Part shown: one piece after another, positions 43,778 through 52,355 of the stretch
Layout of the letters: every line of letters begins with the position of its first letter
How positions within the stretch are numbered: the stretch's first letter is position 1
Assembly (NCBI GenBank): GCA_012800155.1
Contig: JAAZJX010000002.1
Location: 1-55,515, forward strand
Length of the DNA: 55,515 bases
Origin: Candidatus Magasanikiibacteriota bacterium
Lineage (GTDB): Bacteria; Patescibacteriota; Patescibacteriia; Magasanikbacterales; UBA922
Reading direction: 5' to 3'
The notes under the pieces: model-generated
The model's database searches: none
What the model was told of the DNA's origin: nothing
The model's input: the letters and a program-made list of their open reading frames with translations, nothing else
Program-made: the position numbers and the translations under genes

Positions 43778-45265
43778 TTATTTATCTTCTGTTTCTGTCT
43801 TTTTTGGTTTCATTAAAGGAAAAGCTGTTACTTCTCGTAAAGTATGAGAACCAGTAATTAAAGCTGTAAAACGATCAATACCAATTCCTGTGCCTGTTGC
43901 TGGTGGCATACCATGTTCCATAGCTTCTACAAAATCCCAATCATTTTCCATAGCTTCTTCATCACCTTGAGATTTATTTTTAGCTTGTTCTTCAAATCTT
44001 TGACGCTGATCAATAGGATCATTTAATTCAGTATAAGAATTACTTAATTCAAAACCATTAACAATCAATTGAAACATTTCTGTATATCTTGGATCAGCAG
44101 CTTTTTTAGCCAAAGGCTTAAGTTCAATTGGATAATCAGTTACAAATGTTGGTTGAATAATCTTTGGTCGAGTTGATTGTTTGTATAAATTATCAATTAT
44201 TTTTCCTCTTTCTGTTAAATTTCCTGGATCATAACCTTTTTCTATCATTATTTTTTTAAGAGAATCTACATCAGGATAATCATTAATATCTATACCTGAA
44301 TGTTTTAAAACTGCATCATGAAAAGAAATTCTAGCATATGGTGGAGTAAAATTTATTTTTTTTCCATCAATTTCTACTTCTAATTTTCCAATAGAATTTT
44401 GTACTACAAAAGGAATTAATTTTTCATGAAATTTTGCATTTTCTTTACTATCAGCAAAAGCCCAATAATATTCTATCATGGTAAATTCAGGATTATGTTG
44501 ATGATCTACTCCTTCATTACGAAAAGCTCTACCAAGTTCAAAAATTTTTTCAAAACCTCCAACTAACAATCTTTTTTGCCATAATTCTCCCATACAAATA
44601 CGCAAATGCACATCAAGATCATAAGCATTTAAATGAGTATTAAAAGTTTTAGCCATTGCACCAGATGAAATTGTTTCTAAAACTGGAGTTTCTATTTCTA
44701 TAAAACCAGCCTGATACATAAATTCACGCATATATCTCAACACTCTAGATCTGACTAAAATCTTTTCTTTTTGTTCAGGGTTAATTAAAAAATCTAAATA
44801 GCGTTTACGATATCTCAATTCTTCATCATTCAAACCATGAAATTTATCAGGTAAAGGTAATAAAGCTTTGGATAATAAAGTCCATTTTTTAACTAAAATG
44901 GATTTTTCACCTTTATGAGTCATAAATCTTTCGCCCTCTATGGAAATAATATCTCCAGAATCAATTTTTTTGGTAAAAAGTTTATATGAATCTGTTCCAA
45001 TAATATCCTGTTTAAAAGCAATTTGTATTTTTCCTGTTTCATCTTGTAAATGACAAAAAGTAAGTTTACCCATTTCACGCTTAGTCATAATTCTTCCTGC
45101 TACTGTAACAATCTCTCCGTCAGACTTCTCTAAAGCTTGTTTTAAAGTAAAATTACGAATAGTTTGAGCTGGATAAGGATTTATTCCAGATTTACTTAAA
45201 TCAGCTAATTTTTTTAATCTAATTTTACGCTCATCATTAATATTAATTTCTTCTTGATTGTTCAT
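43778..45265 (-). CDS. lysS: Lysine--tRNA ligase (class II)
   Basis: N-terminal OB anticodon-binding domain and class II motifs (FRNEGVDHQHNPEFTMIE, GIGIDRF). Confidence 0.95.
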   Translation of the reverse strand: MNNQEEININDERKIRLKKLADLSKSGINPYPAQTIRNFTLKQALEKSDGEIVTVAGRIMTKREMGKLTFCHLQDETGKIQIAFKQDIIGTDSYKLFTKKIDSGDIISIEGERFMTHKGEKSILVKKWTLLSKALLPLPDKFHGLNDEELRYRKRYLDFLINPEQKEKILVRSRVLRYMREFMYQAGFIEIETPVLETISSGAMAKTFNTHLNAYDLDVHLRICMGELWQKRLLVGGFEKIFELGRAFRNEGVDHQHNPEFTMIEYYWAFADSKENAKFHEKLIPFVVQNSIGKLEVEIDGKKINFTPPYARISFHDAVLKHSGIDINDYPDVDSLKKIMIEKGYDPGNLTERGKIIDNLYKQSTRPKIIQPTFVTDYPIELKPLAKKAADPRYTEMFQLIVNGFELSNSYTELNDPIDQRQRFEEQAKNKSQGDEEAMENDWDFVEAMEHGMPPATGTGIGIDRFTALITGSHTLREVTAFPLMKPKKTETEDK

Positions 45266-45309
45266 ATAAAAAAGTTAAATATTTCTCTTATTGTAGCAAA
45301 TAAATAGAA

Positions 45310-45350
45310 AAAATACAAATACTCCTTTTTTGCAGGAGTATTATTTATTT
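45310..45350 (-). terminator. Rho-independent terminator after greA
   Basis: 9-bp stem AATACTCCT (45318-26) / AGGAGTATT (45334-42), with T-runs on the minus-strand 3' side. Confidence 0.6.
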
Positions 45351-45361
45351 TTTAACCTAAA

Positions 45362-45826
45362 TTAGTTAATTTTTACAATTTTATAATTTTGAAGACCTGA
45401 AGGTGTTTTAACCTCAACAATTTCACCTTTCTTTTTACCTAAAAAAGCACTACCCAAAGGTGATTCATTAGAAATTTTTCCTTTTAAAGGATCAGCTTCT
45501 TGAGCTCCAACTATCATATATTCTTTTTCTTTTTTATTAACTTCAACAACAATCGTAGAACCAATTTGTACAAAATCCAGTTTTTTTTCATTTGCAGTGA
45601 TAATTTCAGCATTATCTAAAATATTTTTAATTTCTAAAATTCTGGATTGAGTCCAAGCCAATTCTTCTCTAGCAGCATGATATTCAGCATTTTCAGATAA
45701 ATCACCCATTTGTCTAGCTTCATCAATTCTTTTTCTTAAATTTACAGCTTTAATTTCTCTCAATTCTTTTAATTCAGTTTCTAATTCTTCTCTTGTTTGT
45801 TGAGACATGTATTGTGTTTCAGACAT
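45362..45826 (-). CDS. greA: Transcription elongation factor GreA
   Basis: N-terminal coiled coil with the acidic tip (GDLSENAEYHAAREE), plus a C-terminal FKBP-like domain. Confidence 0.93.
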   Translation of the reverse strand: MSETQYMSQQTREELETELKELREIKAVNLRKRIDEARQMGDLSENAEYHAAREELAWTQSRILEIKNILDNAEIITANEKKLDFVQIGSTIVVEVNKKEKEYMIVGAQEADPLKGKISNESPLGSAFLGKKKGEIVEVKTPSGLQNYKIVKIN

Positions 45827-45920
45827 AAAATAAAAAATATTAAACCCAGGTCAAAGCCTGGAATCTTATAGATAGTATAACAAAAAATAATTATTTTAAT
45901 AGAAAGTTATCCACAATAAA

Positions 45921-47936
45921 TTATAATTCATTTTTATAACTCCACCACCATTGATAAAAATCATAAGCAATTGGAACAGAAATAGCACTTCCCTCTTCCC
46001 CTTCTTCTACTAAAACTGTTAAAACAATTTCTGGATTATCATAAGGAGCAAAAGAAGTAAACCAAGCATGATTAGCTTTATTTTTATTCCACTGAGCTGT
46101 ACCCGTTTTTCCTCCAGTAGAAAACGGCAAAAGAGATAAACGGCGACAAGAACCATAATCAACACAATCTTTCATACCTAATTTAACAATATTTAAATTA
46201 ACAGAAGAAATAAAATTTTCATTTAAAATTTCTACTGGAATATTAGTTTTTTCTTCTGTTATTGGATTGATAATTGACTTAACAATATGTGGTTGATAAA
46301 GTTTACCTCCATTAGTAAATACTGCAGTCATATTAGCAATTTGCAAAGGTGTTACTAATAAATCTCCTTGTCCTATAGAAAGATTATAAGTATCTCCAAT
46401 ATACCAGCGTTCTCCTTTAACTTTTTCTTTCCATTCTTTAGAAGGTAAAAATCCTATTTTTTCACCAGTAGTATCTATATTAGTTTTATTTCCAAAACCA
46501 AATTCTTGTAAATAATCTATCATTTTTTCTACTCCTAAACCTACAAAATCATTATAACCACCACCAATATAATAAAAAAAAGTATTAACTGACCAAGCTA
46601 AAGCTCGACGCACATTTGTTACTCCATGACCACCTACTTGCCAATCAGGAAAAAACCATTGACTAACTCGTAAACCACCATTACTTAAAAAACTAGTTTT
46701 AGAATTAATAATTTTTTCTTCCAAAGCAGCAGCAGCAAAAGCAGTTTTAATTACAGAACCAGAAGGATAAAGACCACTCACAGCGCGATTAAAAAGAGGT
46801 TGATCTTCATTATTTAAATATTTTTGATATTTAGTAAAAGCAATTCCTCCTGAAAAATCATTATTATCAAAAGCTGGTAAACTAACCATTGCTAAAACTT
46901 CACCATTACGAGGATCAAGAGCTACTGCTGCCGCTCTTTTTTTGTTATTAGTTTTTAAATAATGATTTACTATTTCTTCTAATTTATTTTGTATTTTAGA
47001 ATCTATTGACATTTCTAAATGAAACCCAGCTTCTGGTGCTTCTTGAGCTAAAATATTTTGTTCTTTTCCCAAAGAATCAACTTCAATTCTTTTTTTACCA
47101 TAAACACCGCGTAAAAATGATTCATAAGTTTTTTCTAAACCAGTTTTACCAATATTATCTGAAGATAAATATCCCTTAGCGCGTTTTTCTATGTATTCTT
47201 CTTTATTTAATTTTCCAATATAACCTAAAATATGTGATAATGAATGATTAGTTGAAGTATTAAATTCATTACCAAAATCATCTAAATAAAGACGCTTGCT
47301 GCCTCGTAATATTTCAATTCCCGGTAATTCACTTGTTTGAATAATAATATTTAAAGCTGTATCATAATCTAAATTTTCTTGAATTACTACTGACTCATAA
47401 CTATAAGAACCATATTCATCTAAAATATTAGAAAGTTCTTCTTCAGATTTATTGATTAAAATTGCTAATTTATTAATAATAGGAATTCTTTGTTCTTTTT
47501 TTCTAGGTAAATCTTGAGGAATAATTGCTAAAGAAAAATTCGGTATATTCTTAGTTAATTGAATACCTTGTCTATCAAAAATTAAACCTCTCTCAGAAGG
47601 AATAGAAATAATTCTTTGACGATTATTTTCTGCTGAAACACGATAACTACTTCCTTTAATAATTTGTAAATAAAAAAATCTACTAATTAACAATAAAAAA
47701 AATACTAATAAAAAAATAAAAAAAATATTTATCTTTTTATTAGTAAAACTAGTTCCAACATAATTGAAACTCTGAGGAGAAGCTACTTGTTTACCTTTAC
47801 TTTCTTCAAAAAAAAGAGAGTCTTCAATCCAAGATTTTTTATATTTGCCTTTTATATTTTTACTATCAAAAAGTTCAGCTTCTATTCCAAATAAATTTTT
47901 TTTATTTTCTTTCATACCTGAAAATTGAAGATTCAA
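45921..47936 (-). CDS. mrdA: Penicillin-binding protein 2 (elongasome transpeptidase)
   Basis: TM anchor, PBP dimerisation domain, and transpeptidase motifs SGSVIK (SxxK), SIGQG, KTGTAQ. It directly follows mreBCD. The start could alternatively be the ATG at 47915. Confidence 0.88.
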   Translation of the reverse strand: MNLQFSGMKENKKNLFGIEAELFDSKNIKGKYKKSWIEDSLFFEESKGKQVASPQSFNYVGTSFTNKKINIFFIFLLVFFLLLISRFFYLQIIKGSSYRVSAENNRQRIISIPSERGLIFDRQGIQLTKNIPNFSLAIIPQDLPRKKEQRIPIINKLAILINKSEEELSNILDEYGSYSYESVVIQENLDYDTALNIIIQTSELPGIEILRGSKRLYLDDFGNEFNTSTNHSLSHILGYIGKLNKEEYIEKRAKGYLSSDNIGKTGLEKTYESFLRGVYGKKRIEVDSLGKEQNILAQEAPEAGFHLEMSIDSKIQNKLEEIVNHYLKTNNKKRAAAVALDPRNGEVLAMVSLPAFDNNDFSGGIAFTKYQKYLNNEDQPLFNRAVSGLYPSGSVIKTAFAAAALEEKIINSKTSFLSNGGLRVSQWFFPDWQVGGHGVTNVRRALAWSVNTFFYYIGGGYNDFVGLGVEKMIDYLQEFGFGNKTNIDTTGEKIGFLPSKEWKEKVKGERWYIGDTYNLSIGQGDLLVTPLQIANMTAVFTNGGKLYQPHIVKSIINPITEEKTNIPVEILNENFISSVNLNIVKLGMKDCVDYGSCRRLSLLPFSTGGKTGTAQWNKNKANHAWFTSFAPYDNPEIVLTVLVEEGEEGSAISVPIAYDFYQWWWSYKNEL

Positions 47937-48456
47937 CTACAGAAGATTTAAATTTTTTTGTAAATACTGAAAAAATAAAATAAAAAATACTTACTAAAAT
48001 TGTAGTAAACAATATTTCCCATAAAGAAGTAATAAAAATTAATTTCCAAGGTACATAACTAACCATACTAAAAATTTTCAAAATAAACATAATTACAATA
48101 TAAAATAATCTATAAATAAATATAGTAAAAGCTGTCAATACTAAAGCGGCATAAATAGAACGATTAGTAAAAAAATTTTGATATAACCAATAAGCTATTA
48201 ACACGCTAATTGTAGAAGAAAATAAAACCACTCCATAAGGTGAAACTGTAAAAAGTTCAATAAATAAATTTGAAAAAAAACTTATCCAAACAATTACACC
48301 AGAATTATACCAAAGTAAAAGTAAAATAATAACTGTAAAAATAATATTCACTTTAGAAATTGGATAAGGTAATAAATAAGAAAAACCTACATGAAAAGCT
48401 ACTACCAAAACTAAAGCTAAAAAAATTAACAATATTTTTAAAATACGATTCAACAT
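47902..48456 (-). CDS. mreD: Rod shape-determining protein MreD
   Basis: Small polytopic membrane protein in the canonical mreB-mreC-mreD position. Confidence 0.7.
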   Translation of the reverse strand: MLNRILKILLIFLALVLVVAFHVGFSYLLPYPISKVNIIFTVIILLLLWYNSGVIVWISFFSNLFIELFTVSPYGVVLFSSTISVLIAYWLYQNFFTNRSIYAALVLTAFTIFIYRLFYIVIMFILKIFSMVSYVPWKLIFITSLWEILFTTILVSIFYFIFSVFTKKFKSSVVESSIFRYERK

Positions 48457-48459
48457 AAT

Positions 48460-49266
48460 TTAAAATTCAGTTATTACTAAAACTTGTTTTATTTTTGTTA
48501 AATCAACACTAGGAGTAATGACTGCTTTTTGAAATGGCTGATAAGCTTCTTTTTCAACTGCTTCAATAACACCTATCAAAAGTCCAGAAGGAACATTTTC
48601 TTCTAATCCAGAAGTTATTACCATATCTCCTACTTTTATAATTTCATTTTGTGGAATATAATTCATACGAATACTAATTCCATAACCACCTTCTACAACT
48701 CCAATACTTTTACTTTGATTTATAAGCGCACTTGCTACTTTACTTTGATTGTCATTGATGAGACGTACTACTGAAGTCTTATCTTCTACTCGCACAATTT
48801 TTCCAATCATCACTCCTTCTCCAACTATTACTGGATTATTTTTAGTTATGCCAGAATTACTACCTCTATCTAAAATTAAAGTATTACCCAAAGGATCAAT
48901 ATTTTTGCCAATTACTTTTGCTCCCACAGTAAGCATATCTTTTTTTTCAATATAATTTAACTGTTTTTTTAATTCTTCATTTTCTTGTTTCAAAATTTGA
49001 AAAGCAGCCATATCTATTTTATTATTAATATCATTTTCTAAACAGCTAAGATAAGCTTCTTTTAAATCCTCCACATTTTTAAATAATTCATTTTGTTCAT
49101 TAAAATTTATACTAATATCATACATTCCTTCAATACCCGGTTTAATAATTGCTCGAAAATAATTTTCAATTGGACGTAATAAACCTACAAAATGTAAAAT
49201 AATAAAAATTAAGATAATAAAAACTATCCCTAAGAAAGTTTGTTGCTTTCTTTTTGACATAAGCAT
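48460..49266 (-). CDS. mreC: Rod shape-determining protein MreC
   Basis: N-terminal TM helix, coiled coil (ENEELKKQLN), and C-terminal beta domains (GMPVITGEGV-like GVMIGKIV, SGLLIGVI). Confidence 0.85.
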   Translation of the reverse strand: MLMSKRKQQTFLGIVFIILIFIILHFVGLLRPIENYFRAIIKPGIEGMYDISINFNEQNELFKNVEDLKEAYLSCLENDINNKIDMAAFQILKQENEELKKQLNYIEKKDMLTVGAKVIGKNIDPLGNTLILDRGSNSGITKNNPVIVGEGVMIGKIVRVEDKTSVVRLINDNQSKVASALINQSKSIGVVEGGYGISIRMNYIPQNEIIKVGDMVITSGLEENVPSGLLIGVIEAVEKEAYQPFQKAVITPSVDLTKIKQVLVITEF

Positions 49267-49272
49267 TAAAAA

Positions 49273-50316
49273 TTATTTTATTCTAGCTGAAGGTAAAGTA
49301 ATTGTTTTTAAAAGTTCTTCATCTTCTAATAAAATTCCTGTCCCTCTGATAACGGCGGTAAGAGGATCATCAGCAATACGCACTGGAATATCTGCTGATT
49401 GAGAAATTACCTGATCTAAACCCTTTAACATTGAACCTCCTCCTGTTAAAAGAATTCCTCGTTCATGAATATCAGCAGTTAATTCTGGTGGAGTAATTTC
49501 TAAAGTAGTTTTAATTAAATCAACAATAGCATCTACAGATTTTTTTAAAGCTTCACGAATATGCGCATCAGTTACCATTATTTCTCGTGGTAAACCAGTC
49601 ATAACATCACGACCACGCATAGGAAATTCTGTTTTTTCTCCCATGTCAATAGCTGAACCAACTCTAATTTTTATTTGCTCAGCTTGAGTTTCTCCAATAA
49701 AAAGATTAAAAACTTCTTTGGCATATTGCATAATATTACGATTCATTTCATCTCCAGCTATAGAGGTAGATTTCCAATCAACTACTCCACTTAAAGAAAT
49801 GACTGCTACTTCTGTATTTCCTCCACCAATATTTACTACCATATTGCCAATAGGATCTTGAATTGGCATACGCGCTCCAATAGCTGCAGTCATAGGCTCT
49901 TGTATTACAAAAACTTCTTTAGCTCCAGCCGAAATAACCGCATCTTCTACAGCTTTTATTTCTACTTCAGTAACTTCTAAAGGTACAGAAATAACTACCT
50001 TTGGTCTAGATAAAATACCTAAACCTTCTTCATGAACTTTTTCAATAAAATAGCGTAACATTTTTTCTGCTACTTCATAATCAGAAATAATCCCTCCAGT
50101 CAAAGGTTTAGTAACTTCAATATGTGGAGGTGTTTTACCTAACATATTTTTAGCTTCATTACCGACTGCTAAAATTTGTTCGGTACGAGTATTAATTGCA
50201 ACTACCGAAGGTTCATCAACTACAATACCTTTTCCTTTCACATAAATCATAGTATTGGAAGTTCCTAAATCAATTCCAATTTCTTTACTAAACTTATTAA
50301 AAATTTTTTTAAACAT
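49273..50316 (-). CDS. mreB: Rod shape-determining protein MreB (actin homologue)
   Basis: IGIDLGTSNTMIYV, VVNIGGGNTEVAVISL, ILLTGGGSMLKGLD. Confidence 0.96.
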   Translation of the reverse strand: MFKKIFNKFSKEIGIDLGTSNTMIYVKGKGIVVDEPSVVAINTRTEQILAVGNEAKNMLGKTPPHIEVTKPLTGGIISDYEVAEKMLRYFIEKVHEEGLGILSRPKVVISVPLEVTEVEIKAVEDAVISAGAKEVFVIQEPMTAAIGARMPIQDPIGNMVVNIGGGNTEVAVISLSGVVDWKSTSIAGDEMNRNIMQYAKEVFNLFIGETQAEQIKIRVGSAIDMGEKTEFPMRGRDVMTGLPREIMVTDAHIREALKKSVDAIVDLIKTTLEITPPELTADIHERGILLTGGGSMLKGLDQVISQSADIPVRIADDPLTAVIRGTGILLEDEELLKTITLPSARIK

Positions 50317-50333
50317 AAAATCTTAACAATAAT

Positions 50334-51572
50334 TTATTTAAGATCAGCTATTTTTATAATTTTTGTTTCTCCAGTTTTTCTTTCTTTAATTTCAATAGAT
50401 TCTTCAGCTAAAGTTTTAGTACTAACAATATATTTAAGTGGAATACCAATCAAATCACTATCAGCAAATTTTTGTCCAGCAGAAAGATTTTCTCGATCAT
50501 CAAATAAAACTTCTTGACCTAAAGATAATAATTTTTGATAAATTTCTTCAGTTCTTTCTTTTTCTTCAATTGTTTTAGCAAGAGAAATTAGATGAATCTG
50601 ATAAGGAGCAATTTCTTTTGGCCAAATCATTCCTTTATCATCACAATTAACTTCTACTATTGCACCCATTACTCTTCCTGGACCAATACCATAACTTCCC
50701 ATAATTACAGATTGTTGTTTACCTTCTTCATCAAGATATTTTAATCCTAAAGGTTCAGAATATTTTTTACCTAAACTAAATATATTTCCTACTTCAATTG
50801 CTTTTTCTTCTATTAAATTATTTTTTTCTAAACCCAATTCAGTTAAAATTTCCTCACTGTAAACTTCTTTATTAATGGCAATTTTTTTGTTCTTATCTAC
50901 ATAAATTAAATCCTCTCCAGCATCAGATAAAGTCTGAAATTCATGAGAATATTTTGAAAAAACACCACCAGAAGCAAAAGTAAGATAAGTTTTCTCACCC
51001 AAACCTAGTCTAGTAAAAATTTTCATATATGCTTCTTTTGATTTTTCATAAAAATTATTGTGTTCATCTTGAGTTCTAGAAAAAGAATATAAATCTTTCA
51101 TAAGAAATTCTCGACAACGCATAATTCCACTTTTTGGACGCAATTCATTTCTAAATTTTGTTTGAATTTGATAAACATAACAAGGTAAATCTTTATAAGA
51201 TTTAACATGATTTTTCATAATACTTGTAACCGCTTCTTCATGAGTAAAACCTAAACCTAATTCTATATCATTTTTTAATCTAGTTTTAAACCAATTATCT
51301 ACAATTTCATCACTCCAACGTTCTGTTTTTTGCCAAATTTCTGGATTTTGTAAACAAGTCATAAAAATTTCTTGTCCTCCAATAGCATTCATTTCTTCAC
51401 TAATAATATTATTTATTTTATTCAAAACTCTAAGACCCAAAGGTAAATAACTATAAACTCCAGCCATTTCTTTATAAATAAATCCAGCACGAATAAGTAA
51501 TTCAGCATTTTTTGATTTCTCATCTTTAGGAATTTCTTTTAAAGTTTTAGTAAATAATTCAGACTGACGCAT
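50334..51572 (-). CDS. proS: Proline--tRNA ligase (short form without the INS editing insertion)
   Basis: MRQSELFTKTLKE...AELLIRAGFI...GVYSYLPLG, class II motifs (FRNELRPKSGIMRCREFLMKD, SYGIGPGR), and a C-terminal anticodon-binding domain. Only 412 aa. Confidence 0.88.
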   Translation of the reverse strand: MRQSELFTKTLKEIPKDEKSKNAELLIRAGFIYKEMAGVYSYLPLGLRVLNKINNIISEEMNAIGGQEIFMTCLQNPEIWQKTERWSDEIVDNWFKTRLKNDIELGLGFTHEEAVTSIMKNHVKSYKDLPCYVYQIQTKFRNELRPKSGIMRCREFLMKDLYSFSRTQDEHNNFYEKSKEAYMKIFTRLGLGEKTYLTFASGGVFSKYSHEFQTLSDAGEDLIYVDKNKKIAINKEVYSEEILTELGLEKNNLIEEKAIEVGNIFSLGKKYSEPLGLKYLDEEGKQQSVIMGSYGIGPGRVMGAIVEVNCDDKGMIWPKEIAPYQIHLISLAKTIEEKERTEEIYQKLLSLGQEVLFDDRENLSAGQKFADSDLIGIPLKYIVSTKTLAEESIEIKERKTGETKIIKIADLK

Positions 51573-51577
51573 AAATA

Positions 51578-51979
51578 TTATTTTAAATTTAAATTTTCAT
51601 TATTATTTTTAGATGACCATAAAAATATTACACCTAATAAAATAGCAAACAAAAAAATTATTACATTCCAAGAATTTAAATAATTTTGACCTTGTAAAAA
51701 TAACATTAATACAATTAAACTAGAAATAATCAAAGAATCTTTGAAACTTTTTTGAATATGACGAAACATTGGTAAATTTTTTTTACTAAAACTATTTCTT
51801 AATAAAAAAGAAATAACTGAAATAGTACCAATTAAAGCTAACAACAAACTAAAATAAAAAAAAGTAAAACCAATGCCAGAATCTTGAAAAGGATCAATAT
51901 TAATAATAACAAAAACCCAAGATATCCAACAAAATACTGTACCTAAAAGCATAATTATTAAATATTGTTTTAAATTCAT
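51578..51979 (-). CDS. Hypothetical membrane protein (4 TM)
   Basis: Four hydrophobic helices and no recognisable motif. Confidence 0.45.
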   Translation of the reverse strand: MNLKQYLIIMLLGTVFCWISWVFVIINIDPFQDSGIGFTFFYFSLLLALIGTISVISFLLRNSFSKKNLPMFRHIQKSFKDSLIISSLIVLMLFLQGQNYLNSWNVIIFLFAILLGVIFLWSSKNNNENLNLK

Positions 51980-52058
51980 AAAAATTACCTATTTAAAAAA
52001 AGTAGTAATTAACTACTTTATTTTACACTTTTTAGCTTTTTTTCGCAATAGATAAACT

Positions 52059-52316
52059 TTAAGTTAAATAACGAACCCTATCTATCTCATTTTTACCTAA
52101 TTTTTCATTAATTTTGTCAACAATTTCTTGTTGACGCTGACCAATCTCTTGAGCAGCTAAAGAATTTGAACAACTGATAGTCAAAGTTCTATTTTTCAAA
52201 AATAATGGACGAGTTAAAATAACTATTTCTGCTGGTAAAACTTCTTGTAAAATTTTTTCAGTTGCCTGAAGTACTTTTTCATCTAATTGTTTATTTTTAT
52301 TAATATTATCACTCAT
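52059..52316 (-). CDS. DUF721 / DciA-like small protein
   Basis: The 85-aa pattern ...LFLKNRTLTISCSNSLAAQEIGQRQQEIVDKINEKLGKNEIDRVRY resembles the DUF721 core (L-x-I-x-v-x-s-s-x-w-a-x-E-l ... i-l-x-x-l-N). The assignment is tentative. Confidence 0.45.
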   Translation of the reverse strand: MSDNINKNKQLDEKVLQATEKILQEVLPAEIVILTRPLFLKNRTLTISCSNSLAAQEIGQRQQEIVDKINEKLGKNEIDRVRYLT

Positions 52317-52355
52317 ACTTATTTATAATAACATTTTTTAAATAAAAAACCAAAC

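Noticed and set aside
1051-48955. Many 60-115-aa ORFs antisense to, or out of frame with, well-supported genes. Examples: 1051..1350, 1588..1854, 1977..2213, 2537..2788, 2984..3175, 4743..5087, 8243..8497, 10724..10954, 11181..11381, 12857..13084, 18140..18358, 18161..18472, 25284..25478, 28231..28521, 30779..30961, 31065..31316, 33226..33417, 39142..39360, 41990..42289, 48749..48955.
   Set aside because: Each lies entirely inside a longer ORF with clear family motifs. Their translations are low-complexity Phe/Ile/Leu/Ser/Lys strings, as expected from the opposite strand of AT-rich coding DNA.
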